Shown: piece after piece, positions 58,686 to 64,000 of the stretch
Numbering within the stretch: position 1 is the first letter of the stretch
How the letters are laid out: the number at the start of each line of letters is the position of its first letter
Source of the DNA: Myxococcales bacterium
Lineage (GTDB): Bacteria > Desulfobacterota > Binatia > HRBIN30
Reading direction: 5' to 3'
DNA length: 64,000 bases
NCBI GenBank assembly: GCA_037445065.1
Contig: JBBILD010000008.1
Coordinates: forward strand, 32,001 to 96,000
Translations under genes and position numbers: made by a program
The notes under the pieces: generated by a model
What the model was told of the DNA's origin: nothing
Seen by the model: the letters and a program-made list of their open reading frames with translations, nothing else
Databases searched by the model: none

Positions 58686-60059
58686 ATGCCCAAGGGTTCG
58701 AAACCCCCTACCGAGCCGGACTTATTCACTGCGGCTTCGGAAACAGCCCGCCTGCAGCAGGCCCCGCTCGCTGAACGCATGCGCCCCCGGACCCTGGAGG
58801 AGTTTGTTGGGCAGCGCCACCTCTTGGCGCCCGGCCGCATCCTCTATGAAATGGTCGAGGCAGGCAAGTTGCAGTCCCTCATCCTCTGGGGGCCCCCAGG
58901 GAGCGGAAAGACTACGCTCGCGTTATTACTTGCGCAGCAAATGCGGGTTCGGTTTGTGCGTTTTTCCGCCATTCTTTCGGGGGTACGGGAACTCAGGCAG
59001 ATCATTGCGACTGCAGAAGAAGAGATTCGTCTGCACCGCCGGCCTACGGTTTTGTTCGTGGACGAGATCCACCGTTTCAACAAGGCACAGCAAGACGCTT
59101 TTCTCCCGTACGTCGAGAACGGCACAATTACCCTGATCGGTGCAACTACGGAGAACCCATCTTTTGAAGTCATCGCGCCTTTGCTCTCGCGTTGTCAGGT
59201 CGTGGTGCTGGAGCCACTCGGCGAGGAGGATTTGAAGATTTTGGTAGATCGCGCTCTTGCAGATCAAGAACGGGGGCTTGGCAAACGAGGCTTGAGGATA
59301 TCTGAAGAAGCTAAGGAGTTTTTGGCGTGGCATAGCCACGGGGACGCCCGAATTGCGTACAACGGTCTTGAAGCGGCCGCGGAATTCGCACAGCTGCGCG
59401 GGACGCAAGAGATTGACCTGCACATCGTCGAGGAGGCCGTCCAGCACCGCGCGCTTTTGTACGACAAAGCTGGGGAAGAGCACTACAACGTAGTTTCAGC
59501 ATTCATCAAGAGCTTGCGCGGCAGCGACCCGGACGCGGCGCTTTATTGGATGATGCGGATGCTGGAGGCAGGGGAAGATCCCCTCTTCATTGCGCGGCGT
59601 ATGATTATTTTCGCTGCTGAGGACATCGGCAACGCGGATCCCCAGGCTTTACTCGTGGCGGTCGCAGCAAAGGAGGCGTTTCACTTTGTGGGGCTTCCCG
59701 AGGGTCGCATCCCGCTCGCGCAAGCGGTGACCTATCTGGCCACAGCGCCAAAATCGAACGCTTCCTACAAGGCAATGCTAGCCGCGGCAGAGGATGTCCG
59801 GCAGTTCGGTCCCCTTCCCGTCCCTCTCCACCTGCGGAACGCTGCCACCCCGCTGATGCGGGAACTCGGGTACGGGAAAGACTATGAATACCCCCACGAC
59901 TCGCCGGATCACTTTACTCCGCAAACCTACTTGCCTTCTCGGCTGGGTGGTCGCCGCTATTATGAACCGACGGACCAAGGCGCGGAGCGAGAGATTGCTC
60001 GGCGACTTGCTGAGTGGCGAGCAAGACGCAGAACAGAGGAGGGGAGCGGTGATTCGTAA
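58686..60059 (+). CDS. rarA: Replication-associated recombination protein A
   Basis: PLAERMRP, WGPPGSGKTT, DEIHRFNKAQQD, GATTENPSF, SAFIKSLRGSDPDA, PKSNA. Confidence 0.97.
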   Translation: MPKGSKPPTEPDLFTAASETARLQQAPLAERMRPRTLEEFVGQRHLLAPGRILYEMVEAGKLQSLILWGPPGSGKTTLALLLAQQMRVRFVRFSAILSGVRELRQIIATAEEEIRLHRRPTVLFVDEIHRFNKAQQDAFLPYVENGTITLIGATTENPSFEVIAPLLSRCQVVVLEPLGEEDLKILVDRALADQERGLGKRGLRISEEAKEFLAWHSHGDARIAYNGLEAAAEFAQLRGTQEIDLHIVEEAVQHRALLYDKAGEEHYNVVSAFIKSLRGSDPDAALYWMMRMLEAGEDPLFIARRMIIFAAEDIGNADPQALLVAVAAKEAFHFVGLPEGRIPLAQAVTYLATAPKSNASYKAMLAAAEDVRQFGPLPVPLHLRNAATPLMRELGYGKDYEYPHDSPDHFTPQTYLPSRLGGRRYYEPTDQGAEREIARRLAEWRARRRTEEGSGDS

Positions 60060-60966
60060 GAGCGGCGGTCAAGCGCATTGGCCGATTGTTGTTGCTGTCG
60101 GTTTTTTGATGGTTGCTTTGCTGGTGGCTCCGTTGGTCCTGCACTTTACCCAGAAGCGGCACAATCAACTCGATTTCGATCTGCAGCGCGTTTTCCCAGA
60201 AGGAAAGCGGATTGTCGGCGGAGAAGTTTTGGCGAGCACGGTGATCGCGCTTGTGGAGCACGAACTCGAAGGAGGAACGGGCTGGAGGCCGAACGATTTC
60301 GTGCTTTGGGGGCCTTCAGTCCTGGCGGACAACAACGCCAATCGCCAGCTCGGGATTTTGCAAGCCGTGCGTGAGACCACGCGGGTATTCAAGGACCATT
60401 TGACCAAGGTTTCCAGCGATGAGTTCGACCCCAACCTCGTGCGCGCGGACACCGCGTTCCGGAACGACCCTACGAAATTTTGGTTGCCCTCGGCGGAATC
60501 GAAGCTGCGCGAGGGAGTCCAAGCGCTGCGGGCCTACAGAGATGGTTTTGACGCGTCGCCGCCCCGTTCGCGTCCGATCAACCAGCGCAATGTTGAACTC
60601 ATACGACTCTTTCAAGCCTGGACCGATTTGCTCGGCGACGTGCACGCTCGCTTGTACCGGAGCCAAGTTGGGTTTTTCCGAATTGACGACGAGTTCTATT
60701 ATTCTCAGGGCGTGGCTCACGCCCTTCATTTTCTTGTCAGCGCGGTTCGACTGGAATACCGAGACTTGTTCACAGGGCGGCCCGTACTGACTACGCTGAT
60801 CGACGAGGTAGCCGGAGCACTCGGGCAGGCGGCTCGGTTGAAGCCCCTCATCGTTCTCAACGGGAGCCCGCATGGTTTGCTGGCCAACCACCGCCGCAAC
60901 CAGGATGGTTTTGTCACCGAAGCCCGGCAGAAAATGTATTCGATCCGCGAGGAACTGGAGAAGTAG
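60049..60966 (+). CDS. DUF2333 family protein
   Basis: N-terminal TM; GWRPND, DNNANRQLG, WLPSAES, IDDEFYYSQG, IVLNG...LANH. Confidence 0.8.
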   Translation: MIRKSGGQAHWPIVVAVGFLMVALLVAPLVLHFTQKRHNQLDFDLQRVFPEGKRIVGGEVLASTVIALVEHELEGGTGWRPNDFVLWGPSVLADNNANRQLGILQAVRETTRVFKDHLTKVSSDEFDPNLVRADTAFRNDPTKFWLPSAESKLREGVQALRAYRDGFDASPPRSRPINQRNVELIRLFQAWTDLLGDVHARLYRSQVGFFRIDDEFYYSQGVAHALHFLVSAVRLEYRDLFTGRPVLTTLIDEVAGALGQAARLKPLIVLNGSPHGLLANHRRNQDGFVTEARQKMYSIREELEK

Positions 60967-61032
60967 GCGTTGGTCTGCTCTAGCGCATCAGCGAGCGCGC
61001 GACTAGGCAGTGCCCCGTCCCGGGGCTGGGCC

Positions 61033-62412
61033 TCACGTGGGCAAAGGCTCCAAGCTAGTGAGCACTGCCCCTTGTGGGGTAACGTAAGAGATCAAGAGAG
61101 AAAGCAAGTTGATACGGGCGTCGAGCTGCTTGCCAATCCCACTCAAGAGCCCCATGACCCGGAGCACCAGCAAGATATCGGAGGGAGCTTCGACGAGCGG
61201 GTTGGCACGCAGCGTTCGGGCGAGCTTCTCTTGTAGCTCCTCGATCAGTTCCCGATCTGCGTAGCCCTTTCCACTGCGTGCTACTTGCCCGAGAAAGGCT
61301 TCCCCTAACGTAATCAAACTGTCGGAGTCGGGGTTACGGGTGCGAAAGCCAAGCTCGCGGAAGGCAGCAACGATGCCCACTTTGTCTTGCAGCAAGATGG
61401 CGGCAGCGAGCCGAGCGATGCCTGCTCGGAACTCCTCCGGTAGCGCTTTGGCAAGACCAAAGTCCAGTAGCACAATCTGCGGGCCGGGACGCACAAAGAT
61501 ATTGCCAGGATGCGGGTCGGCGTGGAAGAAACCATCCACCAGAATCTGATGGCAGAAAATCTCGGTGAGTCGGCGGGCCACCTCTTGAGGATCGATGCCT
61601 GCGTTTTTTAAGCCGGCGAGGTCCGTAACTTTGGTACCTGGGGTGAACTCCAGCACCAGCAGTCGTTTCGTCGTAAACTGCCCGAATACCTGGGGCACGA
61701 TCACGTCATGGCGGTGGGCCAAGGCCGCACGGATGCGCTCTGCGTTACGGGCCTCATTGCGAAAATCAAGTTCGAGAGGGACATGGCGTCTCACCTCGCG
61801 CAAGACGATCCGTAAGTCGAGGCTCTTCTCGATGCGTGCGAGCAAGTTGATGAAGAAGGCCAAGTTTTTGAGGTCCGCGTGTACCAGCCGGGCGACCTCG
61901 GGGTACTGGATTTTCACCGCAACTTCTTCGCCGCTGTGAAGCCGTGCCCGGTGAACTTGGGCAAGGGAGGCAGAAGCAAGGGGTTGCTGGTCGAATTCCG
62001 CGAAGACGGTTTGCAAGGGGCGGCCGAGTTCACGCTCCACCTGCTCCCGAAGCTCGCGATCGAAGTCGCGAGGAGGTACGCGATCTTGAAGCTGTGAAAG
62101 GATTTCCACGTACTCGTCGGGCAGCAAATCGGCACGTGTACCTAGAAATTGGCAAGCCTTGATCAATAAGCCCTCGAGGTGAGTAGCGAGCCGGTAGATG
62201 GATTCGGCTGAACGCCGGTGCTGGCGCGAGTAAAGGGGGGCCACACGGTGCGCGCCGAGCGCCTTGCCAAGTAGCTGAATCCCCTTGTAACCCCCGTAGA
62301 TGCGAGCCACCATGCGCGCAACCAGAGCGAAGCGCAGCGGCGGGACGCGCAGTACGTGGATAGACGGGCGTCGACGTTCGCGGGCCCTTGCTGGGATGCC
62401 GATGGTCGCCAC
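61033..62412 (-). CDS. AarF/ABC1/UbiB family atypical kinase
   Basis: LQDRVPP, ASASLAQVHRA, VAVKIQYP, ELDFRNEA, FFHADPHPGN, LLDFG. Confidence 0.92.
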   Translation of the reverse strand: MATIGIPARARERRRPSIHVLRVPPLRFALVARMVARIYGGYKGIQLLGKALGAHRVAPLYSRQHRRSAESIYRLATHLEGLLIKACQFLGTRADLLPDEYVEILSQLQDRVPPRDFDRELREQVERELGRPLQTVFAEFDQQPLASASLAQVHRARLHSGEEVAVKIQYPEVARLVHADLKNLAFFINLLARIEKSLDLRIVLREVRRHVPLELDFRNEARNAERIRAALAHRHDVIVPQVFGQFTTKRLLVLEFTPGTKVTDLAGLKNAGIDPQEVARRLTEIFCHQILVDGFFHADPHPGNIFVRPGPQIVLLDFGLAKALPEEFRAGIARLAAAILLQDKVGIVAAFRELGFRTRNPDSDSLITLGEAFLGQVARSGKGYADRELIEELQEKLARTLRANPLVEAPSDILLVLRVMGLLSGIGKQLDARINLLSLLISYVTPQGAVLTSLEPLPT

Positions 62413-62445
62413 TGCTCGCGTTTCGTCTCCAGGAAAAGTTCTGTC

Positions 62446-63123
62446 TTAGCTCAACAAAACAGCCAGGATACCTGTTAGGAAGATTCCATCAAAGGTTCCA
62501 GCGCCGCCGATCGAGGCAACGGGAGCCCCTAGTCCCGTGACCCGTTTCAAGTTCAAAAGGTCGGCGCCGATCAGCGTTCCCAGCGTTCCAGAAACATAGG
62601 CCACTGCGGGGGCATGCTCCGACGAGAGAACAAGGCCTGTCAGCGCAGCTAGAGCCGGCGGGATGAACAATGGCATGGCAATGCCCAGGCCCGGTACGGG
62701 GCGAGCGAGACGGTGAACGACCGCGGAGACGATGCCGATTCCGATCAGAGATTCGATCCAGATGCCGGTTCGCAGTAACACGTACGTCGAAAGCAAGACG
62801 GGAATCAGTGCGCCACCAACATTCACCGCTAGGACGGTCCGCGGAGCCAAAGGTACTGGAATGCGATAACGAGTTCCGAAAAACACCACTTCGGTTGCCT
62901 CAACCATTTCCCCACCGGGCACCGTTCCGATGGGAATGTTGATGTAGCTTCCCAGCAGGGAAAGCAGGAGCAAGAACAGGATGTGTTCCTGTGGCACTCC
63001 GAGTTTCTCGTACGCGTAGGAAACGATCCCTACCTGAATGAGGAAAAGAACGGCCAGCGTGATGAACAACAGCGCAAAGAGAAGCGGTAGTGTCAGCGGC
63101 AGCAGAAAAACGAGCCGGCGCAC
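62446..63123 (-). CDS. DUF1614 family membrane protein
   Basis: LGSYINIP, AVNVGGALIP, GTLIGADLLNL, SIGGAGTFDGIFL. Confidence 0.88.
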   Translation of the reverse strand: MRRLVFLLPLTLPLLFALLFITLAVLFLIQVGIVSYAYEKLGVPQEHILFLLLLSLLGSYINIPIGTVPGGEMVEATEVVFFGTRYRIPVPLAPRTVLAVNVGGALIPVLLSTYVLLRTGIWIESLIGIGIVSAVVHRLARPVPGLGIAMPLFIPPALAALTGLVLSSEHAPAVAYVSGTLGTLIGADLLNLKRVTGLGAPVASIGGAGTFDGIFLTGILAVLLS

Positions 63124-63169
63124 GAGTCGTCCGCTCTCGAGTGCAACAAACCACAGGCGGCCGCGTTAC

Positions 63170-63775
63170 TCAGTCCGCTGCGGCCCGTTGGTACGCCGGC
63201 CTCTGCGTTAGGCGGGTCACGTAGTCTTGCAGCACTGGGAAGTCCGCCAACAAACCTAGAAGCGCTGCCCAAGCCAGCGTGGAGCCAATCATGATATCCG
63301 CAGCGGAAAATTGTTCCCCGAGTAGAAAAGGCCGCTTGTGGAGGGCTTCAGTGAGTACCCGGGCTACTTCCCCAAAGCGATTCTTGCCTTCAGCGAGCGA
63401 TTGGGGAGAACGTTTTTCCTCCGGCAGCATGACTGAGTGCTGAAAAATCTGGATCAGCGGCGGCTCCAGCGTAGCGATGGCATAAACCATCCACTGGTAG
63501 TACAGGCCTCGATCGGGCGTGCCTGGCAGCGGGCACAAGCGGTGCTCCGGAAACTTATCCGCCAAATACATGCAGATCGCGCTCGACTCGTACAACGCGA
63601 GTTCCCCGTCCACGAGAGCAGGGACCGCACCGTGAGGGTGGATGGCGAGATAGCTCGGCTGCTTATGTTCCCCCTTGCTCAAATCGATTCTCACAAGCTC
63701 GTATGGCACGTTCATTTCTTCGAGCAGCCAGCGCGGGCGCACAGAACGAGTGCGGGCAGCATGATAGAGCTTCAT
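63170..63775 (-). CDS. Glutathione S-transferase family protein
   Basis: RSVRPRWLLEE, HPHGAVPAL, ESSAICMYL, FSAADI, RPAYQRA. Confidence 0.93.
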   Translation of the reverse strand: MKLYHAARTRSVRPRWLLEEMNVPYELVRIDLSKGEHKQPSYLAIHPHGAVPALVDGELALYESSAICMYLADKFPEHRLCPLPGTPDRGLYYQWMVYAIATLEPPLIQIFQHSVMLPEEKRSPQSLAEGKNRFGEVARVLTEALHKRPFLLGEQFSAADIMIGSTLAWAALLGLLADFPVLQDYVTRLTQRPAYQRAAAD

Positions 63776-63850
63776 GTACTCCCTCCCAGAACTTTTTGCT
63801 GCATCTTGCCTGGAAAACGCCGTTGGGTCGAGAGGGTGCTGGGGTCAATC

Positions 63851-63998
63851 ATCGCGAAAAAGTCATGAAACCTTCGCCGATCTGTCACCCGCAGATGGTA
63901 GGCTCTTTCTACGGCACAACGATTGATTTCACGAAAATGTCACAATTCCTTTACGCAAAAGTCGTGAAAACCAGGTACGGTTGCCTCCACTTTGTCAT
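63851..63998 (+). promoter_or_regulatory. Phased 11-bp direct-repeat array (Pho-box / OmpR-family sites) with two candidate -10 elements
   Basis: Pentamers ATCGC 63851, GTCAT 63862, TTCGC 63873, GTCAC 63884, TTCAC 63928, GTCAC 63939, TTTAC 63950, GTCGT 63961, GTCAT 63994 all lie at multiples of 11 nt; TAGGCT (63899) and TACGGT (63976) each start 10 nt after an array. Confidence 0.65.
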
Positions 63999-64000
63999 GT

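Noticed and set aside
1..64000. Mobile elements, prophage, defence systems, tRNA/rRNA, selenocysteine read-through
   Set aside because: No transposase, integrase, phage or defence motifs, no tRNA T-loop in a cloverleaf context, and no in-frame TGA at a catalytic Cys position were seen by eye; tRNAscan-SE, cmscan and DefenseFinder would confirm.

Overview
A GC-rich, gene-dense bacterial chromosomal segment made mostly of core and housekeeping genes: bioB, hisS-aspS, def, dnk-panBCD, trxC, smpB, pabB/pabC-like, ffh-rpsP-khpA-rimM-trmD-SPOUT-rplS, ppiD-like, bolA, mutY, slyD-like, rarA, UbiB kinase and GST. The gene repertoire (Pro/Thr-linker dockerin protein, DUF1329, paralogous acyl-CoA dehydrogenases, trmD followed by a DUF2168-type SPOUT gene) suggests a Deltaproteobacteria-related lineage such as Ca. 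Binatia; this is inference. I found no tRNA, rRNA, CRISPR array, transposase, integrase or phage gene. The most notable items are: (1) a phased 11-bp Pho-box-like array forming two tandem promoters at the right edge; (2) a pan-motif-like RNA hairpin whose 5' arm is encoded by the last codons of the dnk gene upstream of panB; (3) a putative sigma54-driven minor type IV pilin cluster lacking pilY1, with a long PilX-like gene broken by two 1-nt homopolymer deletions, followed by a TPR-zincin; (4) two very large Cys-rich modular surface proteins; (5) a HiPIP-like 4-Cys protein with no export signal; (6) an apparently catalytically dead HtrA-like protein paired with an atypical RimK-like ATP-grasp enzyme. 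No complete novel system can be proven from sequence alone. All family calls are from motif recognition, not database searches.
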